Origin: Vicinamibacteria bacterium
Lineage (GTDB): Bacteria > Acidobacteriota > Vicinamibacteria > Marinacidobacterales > Marinacidobacteraceae
Assembly (NCBI GenBank): GCA_963668695.2
Contig: CAXXLQ010000004.1
Span: 3,552,001 to 3,616,000 of the forward strand
Direction of reading: 5' to 3'
DNA: 64,000 bases
Position 1 is the first letter of the stretch. The number at the start of each line of letters is the position of its first letter. The position numbers were made by a program, and so were the translations under genes. Under the pieces are notes generated by a model. It ran no database searches, had not been told where the DNA came from, and saw nothing but the letters and a program-made list of their open reading frames with translations. This document shows positions 10,587-20,780 of this stretch, piece after piece.

Positions 10587-10612
10587 CTCCTAGCCGTCCC
10601 CGCGCTTCTGCC

Positions 10613-11941
10613 CTACGGCAAGTGTTCTCTCGTCAGGTTGCGGGGGCCGGTGTCGGTGACCAGGACGTTGTCCTCGATGCGGACCCCGCCGTAGGGAGCC
10701 AAAGCATCGACTGCTTCCCAGTTGATGGCGTCCCGCCTCGACTCCGTCCCGTTTCGCCACTCGTCGAGCAGCATCTCGATGAAATAGATCCCGGGCTCCA
10801 CCGTCAGGACGTGACCCGGCTCGAGGGTCCGGGTGCTGCGGAGCATGGGGTGCGCCTTCGGCGGCGGGGCCCGGCGGCCGTCCGGGCCGGCGAGGTGGCC
10901 TCCGACGTCGTGCACCTGGATGCCCAGGAAGTGGCCGAGGCCATGAGGGAAGAACGCCTTACTAAGACCGCTCGCGACGGCATCTTCAGGCGACAGGTTG
11001 ATGACGTTTTCGTCCTTCAAGACGCCGGACAGGGACAGATGGGCCTCGTGGTGGAGGTCAGCCCAGGGGCGACCGGCTGTTACGCCTTCGCATAGCGCCT
11101 GCTGGGCACCCTCCATGGCGGTGATCAGGGAACAAAAGCGCCCGTCTGCCGTCGGGCCGGCGAAGGTTCGGGTGATGTCCGAGGCGTAGCCGCGGACCCG
11201 GGCTCCCGCATCGATGAGAAGGCTCTTTCCGTTCCGGACGTCCGGGCGCTTTCCCTCGTAGTGGAGGACCGCGCCCTTTTCGTTCAGACCGACGATCGTG
11301 GGGTACGGAAGGTCGGCCTCGAGGCCGCCGACCGCCGCGAGGAAGGCGCGATGGACTTCCAACTCGCTGCCGCCGTTTTGGAAAGCGGCTTCCGCCGCGA
11401 TGTGTCCCTCGGCCCCCAAGCGGTTCGCCTCGCTGATGCATTCGACCTCGTACGCGGTCTTGATGGCGCGCCTCCAATCCAGCCGGGTGAGGAGAGCCGG
11501 TGGGTTCTGCGCCAGACCGAGAGCTTCGGCCACCGCCCCGCTCTCGCCGATGGCGGCGGCGCGCCCCTTCGGAAGCCGCTTCGCGATCTCGGAGATCTGA
11601 CGTTTCCGGCTGCCGCACTCGACGATCTTGAAACCTTCAGTCCAGAAGGCGTCGCCGATCCGCTGGGGCTCGTACCAGAAGTCGTCGGGGGAAAAGGTTG
11701 CCAGCAACGGCTTCTTCCCCGGGCGGAGCAGGAGCAGGTGGCCGGGGCCCTCGAGGGGACAGAAATGGAGGAAGTGGGCGTTCGCCCGGTAGGGGGCGGG
11801 CTGGTCGTCGCGGAAGTAGAAGTACTGCCCGCCGGAAACCAGGACCAGAGCCGAGTACCCGGTGTTCCGGAGATCCTCGGCGATTCCTTCAAGGCGTATT
11901 CCAAGGTGCTCGCGAAAAGAGCTGGCAAGGGCGTCGGACAT
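10613..11941 (-). CDS. pepQ: Xaa-Pro dipeptidase (M24B)
   Basis: LIDAGA, ASDITRT, FPHGLGH.LG.QVHD, TVEPGIYF, GGVRIEDN. Confidence 0.92.
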   Translation of the reverse strand: MSDALASSFREHLGIRLEGIAEDLRNTGYSALVLVSGGQYFYFRDDQPAPYRANAHFLHFCPLEGPGHLLLLRPGKKPLLATFSPDDFWYEPQRIGDAFWTEGFKIVECGSRKRQISEIAKRLPKGRAAAIGESGAVAEALGLAQNPPALLTRLDWRRAIKTAYEVECISEANRLGAEGHIAAEAAFQNGGSELEVHRAFLAAVGGLEADLPYPTIVGLNEKGAVLHYEGKRPDVRNGKSLLIDAGARVRGYASDITRTFAGPTADGRFCSLITAMEGAQQALCEGVTAGRPWADLHHEAHLSLSGVLKDENVINLSPEDAVASGLSKAFFPHGLGHFLGIQVHDVGGHLAGPDGRRAPPPKAHPMLRSTRTLEPGHVLTVEPGIYFIEMLLDEWRNGTESRRDAINWEAVDALAPYGGVRIEDNVLVTDTGPRNLTREHLP

Positions 11942-11982
11942 GGTGCGCGGAGGATACGCATCCGAGGGCCGGTGGTCATGCC

Positions 11983-12855
11983 ATGATTCCCCACATGGCC
12001 CTTCCGAGGCGCGCGGTCGGCCCGCTGCTCTTGCCTCTGGTCCTGCTGCTCGCTGCTTGCGGAGGGTCTGCGGGGAGCCCGGCGTCGGCGGCGGAACCCG
12101 TACCGACCCCTGCCCCGGCTCCGGAGCCCCCTCCCCCGCCGGAACCCGCCGCACCGGCCGTCTTCGGTTACCGGGTGGTCCAGGAATTCCCGCACGACCC
12201 GCAGGCGTTCACCCAGGGGCTCTTCTTCCACGAAGGATTCCTCTACGAGAGCACGGGACTCCGGGGTGAGTCCACCCTGCGGCGGGTGGATCTCGAGACC
12301 GGCGAAGTGCTGGAGGAACGCCGGCTGTTTTCCCAGTTCTTCGGAGAAGGCGCGGCGCTCGCCGGAGATTTCATCGTCCAGCTCACCTGGAAGGCGGGCA
12401 TCGGATTCGTCTACACCCTCGACCAGTTCCGTCTGGTGCGCGAGTTCCGCTATTCCGGTGAGGGCTGGGGGCTGACGTTCGACGGGGAACACCTGGTGAT
12501 GAGCGATGGTTCGGATTCCCTGCGCTTTCTGGATCCGGACACCTTGCGCGAAGTGCGGACGCTCAAGGTGACAGCGGACGGAGAGCCCCTCCCGCGACTG
12601 AACGAGCTGGAATGGATCGACGGAGAGATCTGGGCCAACATCTGGATGGATCAGCGGATCGCCCGAATCCGTCCGGACACCGGGGAGGTCACCGCTTTCG
12701 TGGACCTGACCGGCATCTTCCCAAGCTTCTGGCGGCTGCAATATCCGGAAATGGACGTCCTGAACGGCATCGCCTGGGACCCGGAAGGCGGCCGGGTCTT
12801 CGTCACCGGGAAGAAGTGGCCGACGCTCTTCGAAATCGAGCTGATCGAGAAGTAA
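11983..12855 (+). CDS. Glutaminyl-peptide cyclotransferase (type I QC), lipoprotein
   Basis: Lipobox LAAC; FTQGL, YESTG, FGEG, EGWGL, LNELE, NGIA, TGK.WP. Confidence 0.92.
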   Translation: MIPHMALPRRAVGPLLLPLVLLLAACGGSAGSPASAAEPVPTPAPAPEPPPPPEPAAPAVFGYRVVQEFPHDPQAFTQGLFFHEGFLYESTGLRGESTLRRVDLETGEVLEERRLFSQFFGEGAALAGDFIVQLTWKAGIGFVYTLDQFRLVREFRYSGEGWGLTFDGEHLVMSDGSDSLRFLDPDTLREVRTLKVTADGEPLPRLNELEWIDGEIWANIWMDQRIARIRPDTGEVTAFVDLTGIFPSFWRLQYPEMDVLNGIAWDPEGGRVFVTGKKWPTLFEIELIEK

Positions 12856-12857
12856 GC

Positions 12858-13091
12858 GTGAGCTTCCCGAAGCGGCACCGGATCGGTTTCTGGGTCGCCC
12901 TCGCGGTACTCCTGCTGAGCATCTGGCCGCTCTATCCATGGGTGGCGGGCGTCGAGCCGCTGGTGCTCGGGATGCCGTTTTCGATGTTCTGGCTGGTCCT
13001 GATGATCGCGACGGTGTTTTTCACCTTCCTCACGATCTTCACCAAGGACCGGGATGACGACGAAGCCCTGGACAGGGAGTACCGCGACTAG
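12858..13091 (+). CDS. DUF3311-like small membrane partner of SSS transporter
   Basis: Two TM helices, P.VLGMPF; directly upstream of the symporter. Confidence 0.75.
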   Translation: MSFPKRHRIGFWVALAVLLLSIWPLYPWVAGVEPLVLGMPFSMFWLVLMIATVFFTFLTIFTKDRDDDEALDREYRD

Positions 13092-13093
13092 CG

Positions 13094-14638
13094 ATGGACG
13101 CCTGGGTCATCGTCTTCCTGACGACGCTCGCCTACCTGCTCATCACGCTGGCGATCGGGCTGGCGTCCGGCCGGAACGTCTCGAACACTCCCGAAGGGTA
13201 CGTTGCCGGCGACCGGAGCCTGGGCTTCCTCCTCCTCTACTTCATCATGGGGGCGTCCATCTACAGCGCCTTCGCCTTCCTGGGGGCGCCGGGCTGGGCC
13301 TACTCGCGCGGCGCGGCGGCGTTCTACATCGTCTCGTACGGGACGGTGGGCCTCCTGCCCTGGTATTTCCTCGGGCCCCGGATCGCGATACTCGGGCGCC
13401 GGTTCGGGTTCGTGACCCAGGCGGAGTTCTTCGCGTACCGGTTCGAAAGCCCCAAGGCGATTCCCGCGATCATGGCGATCATGAGCGCGGCGGCGCTCGT
13501 CCCCTATCTCGTGATCCAGATGAAGGGAGCGGGCTACGTCTTCTCGGTGGTGACCGAAGGTCGGATGCCCGAGTGGGCGGGCGCCGCGCTGGCCTACGGC
13601 GTGGTGCTCATCTACGTGGCCCGCAGCGGGGTCATGGGAGTCGGCTGGACGAACACCTTCCAGGGCATCCTGATGCTCGGCCTCGCCTGGGGGCTCGGGC
13701 TCTACCTCCCCTGGAAGCTTCATGGCGGCATCGGCCCGATGTTCCGAGAGCTGGCCGCGACGGCGCCGGAGATGCTGGTCGCCCCCGGCCTCGACGCCGC
13801 CGGAGAACCATGGAGTTTCGGGGCCTACTCGAGCGCGGTGGTGATCTCGGTGCTCGGCTTCTCGGTGTGGCCGCACTACTTCATGAAGATCTACGCGGCC
13901 CGGAGCGTCCGGACGCTCAAACGGATGGTGATCTTCTACCCGACCTTCCAGATCTTCCTGATCCCGGTGCTCTTTATCGGCTTCGCGGGCATCATGACCT
14001 ACCCCGGGGTGGAGCAGGCCGACACCATCCTGCCCACGATCCTCATGGATCTGGATCTGCCGGCGATCACCGTGGGCCTCTTCTGCGCCGGGGCGCTCGC
14101 GGCTTCGATGAGCTCGGGTGACGCGATCCTGCACGCCGGGGCCTCGGTGCTGGTCAAGGACCTCGAAATGCCGCTCCGCGGCGTCCGCCGGACGCCCGCC
14201 GCCGAGACGCGACTCATCCGCTGGACCGCGCTGGGGATGGGCTCGCTCGCCTACTACCTCGCGGTGGGGTCGGAGGCGTCCCTCGTCAGCCTCCTCCTCA
14301 TGTCCTACGGCGCGATCGCGCAGTTCTTCCCGCTGATGATCGCCGCCATGTTCTGGCGGCGGGCAAGCCGCGAGGGCGCGATCTACGGACTCCTCGCCGG
14401 CTGCGCAGTGACCCTGGCGCTCAACGTATGGCCTGACCTCGCGCTCCTCGGGATCCACCCGGGGATCTACGGGGCGCTCGCGAACGTGGCGGTCATGGTC
14501 TTCGTGTCGCGCCGCACCGACCCGCCGCCGCCGGAACGGATCGAGCCCTACATGATGCGCGCAGCGGCAGGGACCGCTGGCCGCCAAGCCGGCATCGCCG
14601 CCGAGAGCGGCGAAGCGAGGATCGCCGCGAGCCGGTGA
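13094..14638 (+). CDS. Sodium:solute symporter
   Basis: Multi-TM; SAFAFLG.PG.AY and LAASMSS motifs. Confidence 0.92.
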   Translation: MDAWVIVFLTTLAYLLITLAIGLASGRNVSNTPEGYVAGDRSLGFLLLYFIMGASIYSAFAFLGAPGWAYSRGAAAFYIVSYGTVGLLPWYFLGPRIAILGRRFGFVTQAEFFAYRFESPKAIPAIMAIMSAAALVPYLVIQMKGAGYVFSVVTEGRMPEWAGAALAYGVVLIYVARSGVMGVGWTNTFQGILMLGLAWGLGLYLPWKLHGGIGPMFRELAATAPEMLVAPGLDAAGEPWSFGAYSSAVVISVLGFSVWPHYFMKIYAARSVRTLKRMVIFYPTFQIFLIPVLFIGFAGIMTYPGVEQADTILPTILMDLDLPAITVGLFCAGALAASMSSGDAILHAGASVLVKDLEMPLRGVRRTPAAETRLIRWTALGMGSLAYYLAVGSEASLVSLLLMSYGAIAQFFPLMIAAMFWRRASREGAIYGLLAGCAVTLALNVWPDLALLGIHPGIYGALANVAVMVFVSRRTDPPPPERIEPYMMRAAAGTAGRQAGIAAESGEARIAASR

Positions 14639-14694
14639 GAAAGAAGCGCGAGGACCGCGGCCCTCGCAAAGCGTCTGTCTCTTCGAATGAACTG

Positions 14695-14710
14695 GTACAG
14701 TAAACTGTAC
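14695..14710. promoter_or_regulatory. Probable YefM autoregulatory operator (GTACAGT-AA-ACTGTAC)
   Basis: Perfect 7-bp inverted repeat just upstream of yefM, resembling TGTACA-core YefM operators. Confidence 0.55.
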
Positions 14711-14732
14711 GAGTACTCAAGAGCCCGGACCG

Positions 14733-14984
14733 ATGGACACAATCACCTATTCGGACGCGCGCGCCAACCTGGCGAAAACGATGGAGCGGGTGTGTGACGA
14801 CCGCGCTCCGGTCGTCATCACGCGGAGAAACGCGAAACCCGTCGTGATGATGTCTCTCGACGACTACCACCAGTTCGACGAGACGGCCTATCTACTGCGG
14901 AGTCCGGAAAACGCCCGACGCATTCGGGAAGCGATCGCGGAACTTGCCGCCGGAGGCGGAACCGAGCGGGCTCTCGTGGAGTGA
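14733..14984 (+). CDS. yefM: YefM/Phd antitoxin
   Basis: ITYSDARANLA..M..V.DD..PV.ITR; ETAYLLRSPENA. Confidence 0.95.
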   Translation: MDTITYSDARANLAKTMERVCDDRAPVVITRRNAKPVVMMSLDDYHQFDETAYLLRSPENARRIREAIAELAAGGGTERALVE

Positions 14985-15238
14985 AGCTCGTCTTCTCCGA
15001 AAGAGCCCGGGAGGACTATCTGCACTGGCAGGCCACCGATCGGGGTCGCCTCCAGCGTGTGAACCGGCTGATCAAGGACATCGTCCGATCTCCCTTCGAA
15101 GGGATCGGCCATCCGGAACCGTTGAAACACGAACTGGCCGGACTCTGGTCCCGGCGGGTGGATCGGGAACACCGACTGGTGTATTTCGCCCGGGAAGAGT
15201 CCGTCTACATCGTGCAGGCTCGGTACCACTACGAATGA
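14981..15238 (+). CDS. yoeB: YoeB/Txe toxin
   Basis: PFEGIG.PEPLK..L.G.WSRR...EHRLVY; C-terminal RYHY. Confidence 0.95.
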   Translation: MKLVFSERAREDYLHWQATDRGRLQRVNRLIKDIVRSPFEGIGHPEPLKHELAGLWSRRVDREHRLVYFAREESVYIVQARYHYE

Positions 15239-15392
15239 AGGCGCCTTGCGTTTCGCGCCTCTCCAGGCCCCACGGGGCAGGTTTGGACCGGCCTGAAAGC
15301 TGGTACCCGCGACCGGGGCGGCAGGACTCGGATCGCGGCCGGCCAATCAGGGAATGTGGCGAGGAAATCACCCTCCGCCTCTTGTCGAGGGC

Positions 15393-16007
15393 ATGAGCAG
15401 CACGTCCTATCGCGAGGATCTGCGCCGGCTCCTCGCCGTATTCCACAGCCCGAGACGCACCGCCGCCGAGATCGGCAAGGCGCCAAGCGTCGGCGTGGTG
15501 GTCGCGGCGGTGCTGTCGATCTTCACCGTTGCCGCGGTCGCCAGAGAAACGTCCGGGCTTCCGACGCTCGGAGGTCCGCAAGGAACTTACCTTCTGCTCG
15601 CGGCGCTGGTGCTGATGGCGAGGCCCGTTGTCGCGTCTGCACTGTATCTCGTTGTGTTCAACTACTTCGGCGCCGAAGCTCGGTACCGGGTGATCCTGTC
15701 GGTGACCCTTCACGCCATGTGGGCCATCGTGGTTGGCATCATGGTGCTGGGGCCGCTGGCGCACCTCCTCTTCGATGGGCCTTTCCTTGGAATCAGGGAG
15801 TTTCTGATCTCCTCCATCGGGCTTGAAGAGCACAACGCCAGCCATCTGGCGCCCATGTTCCAACCGGTGGAAATCTGCAGGCTGCTGCTGACGGGGCTGG
15901 GCCTCGCCATCGCGCTCGGGACAACGCGCTCAATGTCTCTCGGCATCGTGTTCGCGGGATGGATCGGCTTCCACGCGGTTCCAGTGCTCCTGCTCTTCCA
16001 TTTTTGA
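15393..16007 (+). CDS. YIP1-like membrane protein (paralog of 18615)
   Basis: RLLAVFHSP..T..EI and YRVIL..TLHA motifs shared with 18615. Confidence 0.6.
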   Translation: MSSTSYREDLRRLLAVFHSPRRTAAEIGKAPSVGVVVAAVLSIFTVAAVARETSGLPTLGGPQGTYLLLAALVLMARPVVASALYLVVFNYFGAEARYRVILSVTLHAMWAIVVGIMVLGPLAHLLFDGPFLGIREFLISSIGLEEHNASHLAPMFQPVEICRLLLTGLGLAIALGTTRSMSLGIVFAGWIGFHAVPVLLLFHF

Positions 16008-16120
16008 GGACGCCGGCGCGCCGAGTGCAACCAGTTGCGGGCCCCCAAGCCAATCTCTCCACCTGTCGTGGAGCCCCTCCGGGTAGCGATGCCCTGACAG
16101 AATCCGGCCGGAACTCGCCA

Positions 16121-18280
16121 ATGCACAAACCGTCGAAAGAAAACACCAGCTGCCCGCGGGCGCCGGTTCTCTCCCTGCTGCTCGCGGCCGGGCTCGCCTG
16201 GCCGGCGCTCGGGCTGGCACAGGGCGTCACCACCGCCGACCTCGAAACCGCCGCCGGGAACACCTCCGAGTGGCTCATGTACGGCCGCGACTACCTCGGC
16301 CAGCGCTACGTAGAGCTCGACCAGATCACCCCGGACAACGTGGAACGACTGGACCCGGTGTGGGTGTTCGCGGCCGGCGGAGCGAACCGGGGTCTCGAAG
16401 CCACGCCGCTGCTGCACGACGGGGTGATCTACCTCTCAGCGGACGAATCGCGCGTCTTTGCGATCGACGCGCGCACCGGCGGCAAGAAGTGGGGCTACGA
16501 CCCCGAGATCGGCTCCGACGTGGAACGGGTCTTTTGCTGCGGATCCATCAACCGCGGTGTGGCGCTCTACGGCGGGCTGGTGTACGTCGGCACCATGGAC
16601 GCCCGGCTGATCGCGCTCGACAAGGACACCGGCGAGCCAGTCTGGGAGGTCGAGGTCGCCGACTGGGAGCACGGCTACAGCATCACCGGCGCGCCGCTGG
16701 TGGTGAACGGATTGGTGCTCACCGGAATGGCCGGGGGCGAATACGGGGTTCGCGGGTTCGTGAAGGCCTACGACGCCGCGACCGGCGATCATCGCTGGAC
16801 GACCTACACCATCCCCGGACCCGGCGAACCCGGCAACGAAACCTGGCCGGGCGACACCTGGAAAAACGGCGGCGGCCCGACCTGGACCACCGGCGTCTTC
16901 GATCCGGAACTGAACCTCGTCTACTGGAACACCGGGAACGCCGCCCCCTGGAACTGCCACGTGCGGAAGGGCGACAACCAGTGGACCGCCGCAACCATCG
17001 CCATCGACCCTGACGACGGCAGCATCCGGTGGGGATTCCAGTACACCCCCTGGGACTGCTGGGACTACGACGCGGTCAGCACGCCGGTGCTCGCCGACGT
17101 GACGCTCCCCGGTCACGGCCCCGTCAAGGCGCTCTTCCACCACGACAAGAACGGCTTCTTCTACGCGCTCGACCGGACCGACGGGCGCTTCCTCTACGGT
17201 GACCCAATCGTCCCGGGGATCAACTGGGCCCACGGGCTCGACCCCGAGACCGGCCGACCCGACGTAAATCTCGACATGGTGGCGGAGTCGGGCGGCCCCG
17301 AGGTGGGACCCATCATCCCGAGCCTCGAAGGTGCGATCGACTGGCAACCACTCGCCTACAACCCGGGTCTCGGGGCGCTCTATTTCATGTCGAACCAGTG
17401 GGCGATGGGCTACCGGTTCTGGGAGGAGGACCAGTTCGAGCCGCCGACGCTCGGCGAGTGGTACCTCGGCGCGGACTACCAGCAGTACCTGACCAGCGAG
17501 AACCCGGGGAACTTCGTCGGCTTCGACGTGGTGAACCGCAAGGTGCTGTGGCGGGTGGTGAGCCCGGCGCCTTTCTGGGCGGGCGCAGTGGCCACTTCCA
17601 GCGGACTGGTGTTCACCGGGGACATGCGTGGCTACTTCATGGCGATCGACGCCGAGCGCGGCGAGGTGCTCTGGCAGTTCCAGACCGGCTCGGGAATCAT
17701 CGGCAGCCCGATCACCTACGAACTCGACGGCGTCCAGTACGTGGCCGTTCCCTCCGGGGGAATCGGCGGCGACATGACGTTCTACTACACCGAGCCGAAG
17801 GCCGGGAACCTGTGGGTGTTCGCGCTGGACGGCGCCCGCCCGGTGCGCGAACAGGCGGGAACGAATCTCGTCACGCTCCCGGGCGGCCTCCCGCGGGTGG
17901 GCGAACCGGGCGCCACCCTGGGTGGCCGCGTGCTGCCGGGGTATGGATTCCCGGCGACGGAAGGCAGCGAACCGCTCGCCACGACCACCCCTGCCGCGCC
18001 GGCGCCGGCGACCGAAGGAGAGCGCGCCAACCCGCTTCTGGGAGACGAAGAAGCCCTGGCTGCCGGCGAACGCATCTACCGCTCCCGTTGCGTGGGATGC
18101 CACCGGAGCGGCAGCGGCGCGGGGGAGAACGTGTTCCAGAGCCGGCTGACCCCCAACCGGTTCTTCGAAGTCGTGGCGCAGGGATCCGAAGCGAACCTCA
18201 TGCCGGCGTTCGGGGAGTTGCTGTCGGCCGAGGAGATCTGGCAGGTGCACGCCTACCTCATGTCCCGCGACCGGCCGTAG
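16121..18280 (+). CDS. PQQ-dependent alcohol dehydrogenase with C-terminal c-type cytochrome (quinohemoprotein)
   Basis: Signal peptide, WLMYGR, vicinal CC, GGEYGVRG, GNAAPW, WDYD; heme CVGCH with distal MPAF. Confidence 0.92.
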   Translation: MHKPSKENTSCPRAPVLSLLLAAGLAWPALGLAQGVTTADLETAAGNTSEWLMYGRDYLGQRYVELDQITPDNVERLDPVWVFAAGGANRGLEATPLLHDGVIYLSADESRVFAIDARTGGKKWGYDPEIGSDVERVFCCGSINRGVALYGGLVYVGTMDARLIALDKDTGEPVWEVEVADWEHGYSITGAPLVVNGLVLTGMAGGEYGVRGFVKAYDAATGDHRWTTYTIPGPGEPGNETWPGDTWKNGGGPTWTTGVFDPELNLVYWNTGNAAPWNCHVRKGDNQWTAATIAIDPDDGSIRWGFQYTPWDCWDYDAVSTPVLADVTLPGHGPVKALFHHDKNGFFYALDRTDGRFLYGDPIVPGINWAHGLDPETGRPDVNLDMVAESGGPEVGPIIPSLEGAIDWQPLAYNPGLGALYFMSNQWAMGYRFWEEDQFEPPTLGEWYLGADYQQYLTSENPGNFVGFDVVNRKVLWRVVSPAPFWAGAVATSSGLVFTGDMRGYFMAIDAERGEVLWQFQTGSGIIGSPITYELDGVQYVAVPSGGIGGDMTFYYTEPKAGNLWVFALDGARPVREQAGTNLVTLPGGLPRVGEPGATLGGRVLPGYGFPATEGSEPLATTTPAAPAPATEGERANPLLGDEEALAAGERIYRSRCVGCHRSGSGAGENVFQSRLTPNRFFEVVAQGSEANLMPAFGELLSAEEIWQVHAYLMSRDRP

Positions 18281-18462
18281 CAGCCTGTGGTGGAACTCGC
18301 GTGAGCGCCGAGAGCGGGGAGGCGCCCGGCTGACAAGGCGCGTGAGGGAGGAATACCGGGTGTATTTCGACCGAAACGCAACGCAGAACGGAGCGAAGCG
18401 GAGTGGTTCAGCCGGGATGCATCGCCGCTCGAACGCCGCGTGAGTTCCACCACAGGCTGCTA
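18278..18462 (+). mobile_element. MITE-like element, family A (reference copy)
   Basis: 21-bp perfect IR TAGCAGCCTGTGGTGGAACTC / GAGTTCCACCACAGGCTGCTA; conserved core GGCTGACAAGGCGCG.GAGGGAGGAATAC..GTATTTCGACCGAAACGCAACG. Confidence 0.85.
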
Positions 18463-18614
18463 GGCCCGGGGCAACGGCTGGACGACTCCCGTTCCGGCAT
18501 CTAACTCGTTGACGTGCCGGACGCGAACCGCCGCAATGTGGTTCGCTCCTTCCGATATCCTCACCTCAGGTGCCTGTCTGCGCACCCGACCCGGCGTCCC
18601 ACAAGGAATCCCGC

Positions 18615-19481
18615 ATGAACGCACGATCCCCATCGTCGGACCTCGGCTCCCTCCCCCACGAAGGGCCCGATGTCTCTCCGCGGAAGGGTCCGGGCGCCGA
18701 TCGTCGCTTCCATGGGAAGCAGCGCGATCCGGGCGCCCTGGGCCGGCTCCTTTCCGTCTTCCACGCGCCGGGCCGTACGTTCGCCGAACTTGCCCGGTCG
18801 CCAACGATTGCGGCGGCGCTGATCGCCACCGCCCTGGCCGGCGCCTTCGAGGCAACCGCAGTGAGCCGGGCGACCGACCTGGACGCCATGGCCCGCCATG
18901 TGTTCGAACAGCAGATGGATCGGATGCCGGGGTCGGTCACCCGCAACATGTCCGAGGCCGACCAGCGGCTAATCTTCGAGAGTTCGCAGGAGGCGCTGCG
19001 GTTGACCCGCAACTTCGCGCCGGTCCTCGGCGCGGTCGGCGCGCTGATCGCTCCGCTCGCCGCCGCCGCCGTCTTCCTGCTGGTGTTCGGCCTCCTCGGC
19101 GCCCAGGGCAGTTATCGCGTCATCCTGGCGACGGTGGTCCACGCCGGCTGGCCCGCGGTCGCCACCAGTTCTCTCCTCACCGGCCTGGTGGCCTGGGTCT
19201 CCTACCCGCTGACGCCGGAGCGGGCGGAAGCCCCCCTGCGGAGCAATCTGGCGGCGGTCGTCAGCGGGCTCGACGGCGCCGCGCAGGCGGTGGCTTCGCG
19301 GGTGGACCTCTTCCTCGCCTGGGAGGTCATCCTGACCGGCATCGGCTTCGCGATCGTTCTCGGGGTGACCCGTCGCCGTTCGTTCACGGTCGTGGTCTCG
19401 CTCTGGGCGCTCGTCACCGCCGTCGTGGTCGGGATGGCGCTCGCGGTGAGAGCAATGTCGTTCACCATCGGCGTCTCCTGA
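18615..19481 (+). CDS. YIP1-family membrane protein (YknW-like)
   Basis: Multi-TM with periplasmic loop; upstream of the adaptor and permease genes. Confidence 0.75.
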   Translation: MNARSPSSDLGSLPHEGPDVSPRKGPGADRRFHGKQRDPGALGRLLSVFHAPGRTFAELARSPTIAAALIATALAGAFEATAVSRATDLDAMARHVFEQQMDRMPGSVTRNMSEADQRLIFESSQEALRLTRNFAPVLGAVGALIAPLAAAAVFLLVFGLLGAQGSYRVILATVVHAGWPAVATSSLLTGLVAWVSYPLTPERAEAPLRSNLAAVVSGLDGAAQAVASRVDLFLAWEVILTGIGFAIVLGVTRRRSFTVVVSLWALVTAVVVGMALAVRAMSFTIGVS

Positions 19482-19505
19482 AGCGAATCCCTTGAAGCGA
19501 ATCCC

Positions 19506-20780
19506 TTGAAGAAGATCCTGATCGCCCTCGCGCTCGCGGCCGGCGCGCTCACGGTGGTCCTGCTGAGCGTGGAATCCCCCGACACCCGGATCCGGGTCGA
19601 GGCGCAGACCGTCTCCCCGCGGGACTTCCTCGCCACCGTGGAAGCCTCCGGGGTGGTTCGCCCCGAGGAGAGCGTGGACATCTCGGCCGAGGTGGTCGGC
19701 CGGCTGCTGGCGATCCGCGTCCGCCCGGGCGATCCGGTCGCTCCCGGGCAGATCGTCGCGCTCATTGACGACGCCATCCAGCGCCCCATCGTGGAAGAGC
19801 AACGGGCCGGATTGCGGGAGGCCGAGGCCATCCTCGCCGACGCCGAGGTGGCCGAGGAGGACGCCGGGCGGGAGCGCGAACGCGCCGGCTCGCTCCACGC
19901 CGAAGGAGTGGTCAGCGCCCGGGCGGTCGAGGAAGCGCAGGTCGCATTGGAACGCGCCGGCATTGCATCCGACCGCGCCCGTCAGAACATCGAGCGCGCC
20001 CGCTCCGCGCTCCGCCGCACCGAGGAAAACCTGGCGAAGACGGTGGTCCGGTCGCCCATGCAGGGCATCGTCCTGGCGGTCGAACTGGAGGAGGGCGAAC
20101 TGGTGGTGGCGAGCAGCCAGAATCTGCCCGGCTCCCGGATCATGACCCTCGGGACCGACGCCGAGTTGATTGTCGAGGCGGACATCCCCGAGGTGGATGT
20201 GGTGAGCGTCGAGTTGGGGCAGCCGGTGGAGATCACGCTCAGCGCTCTCCGCGGGGCGACGCTCTCCGGTGAGGTGATCGAGATCCAGCGGGTGGGTCGG
20301 CGGGATGAGACCTCGCGGCTCGGCGCCGCCGGCCAGGGGGCCGAGTTCCTCGCCAAGATCCGCGTCCATGATCCGCCGCCGGCCGTCCGCCCCTCGATGA
20401 GCGCCCAGGTCCGGATCGAGACCGAACGGCGCGCCGACGCGCTCGCGGTCCCGATCGGGGCGCTGCTGCGGCGCTTTCCGGAGGGCGCCGGCAGCGGGAG
20501 TCTCTCCGTGTCGCTCGGCGGCGGGGAAGGCGCCAATGTCTCCGGCCAGACGACGTCCCGCGCGCCTGGCTGGCAGGTGGCCTTCGTGATCGAGGACGAC
20601 CGGGTGGCCGAACGGCGGGTCACGACCGGCCTCTCCGACCTGCTCGAGGTCGAAATCACCGCCGGTCTCACCGCCGGGGATGTGGTGGTGGTGGGACCGC
20701 CCTTGATCCTGCGCGAACTGTCGGACGGCGACGAGGTGATCGTCGAGGCCGAGGACGGCGACCCCGACCCGGATCGGTGA
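19506..20780 (+). CDS. Efflux periplasmic adaptor (MacA/YknX-like)
   Basis: N-terminal TM, lipoyl-like V.PGD.V..GQ, coiled coil, RSPM.G, TGLSD. Confidence 0.9.
   Translation: MKKILIALALAAGALTVVLLSVESPDTRIRVEAQTVSPRDFLATVEASGVVRPEESVDISAEVVGRLLAIRVRPGDPVAPGQIVALIDDAIQRPIVEEQRAGLREAEAILADAEVAEEDAGRERERAGSLHAEGVVSARAVEEAQVALERAGIASDRARQNIERARSALRRTEENLAKTVVRSPMQGIVLAVELEEGELVVASSQNLPGSRIMTLGTDAELIVEADIPEVDVVSVELGQPVEITLSALRGATLSGEVIEIQRVGRRDETSRLGAAGQGAEFLAKIRVHDPPPAVRPSMSAQVRIETERRADALAVPIGALLRRFPEGAGSGSLSVSLGGGEGANVSGQTTSRAPGWQVAFVIEDDRVAERRVTTGLSDLLEVEITAGLTAGDVVVVGPPLILRELSDGDEVIVEAEDGDPDPDR

Noticed and set aside
19479-19510. 14-bp tandem duplication TGAAGCGAATCCCT
   Set aside because: Most simply a local slippage at a gene junction.
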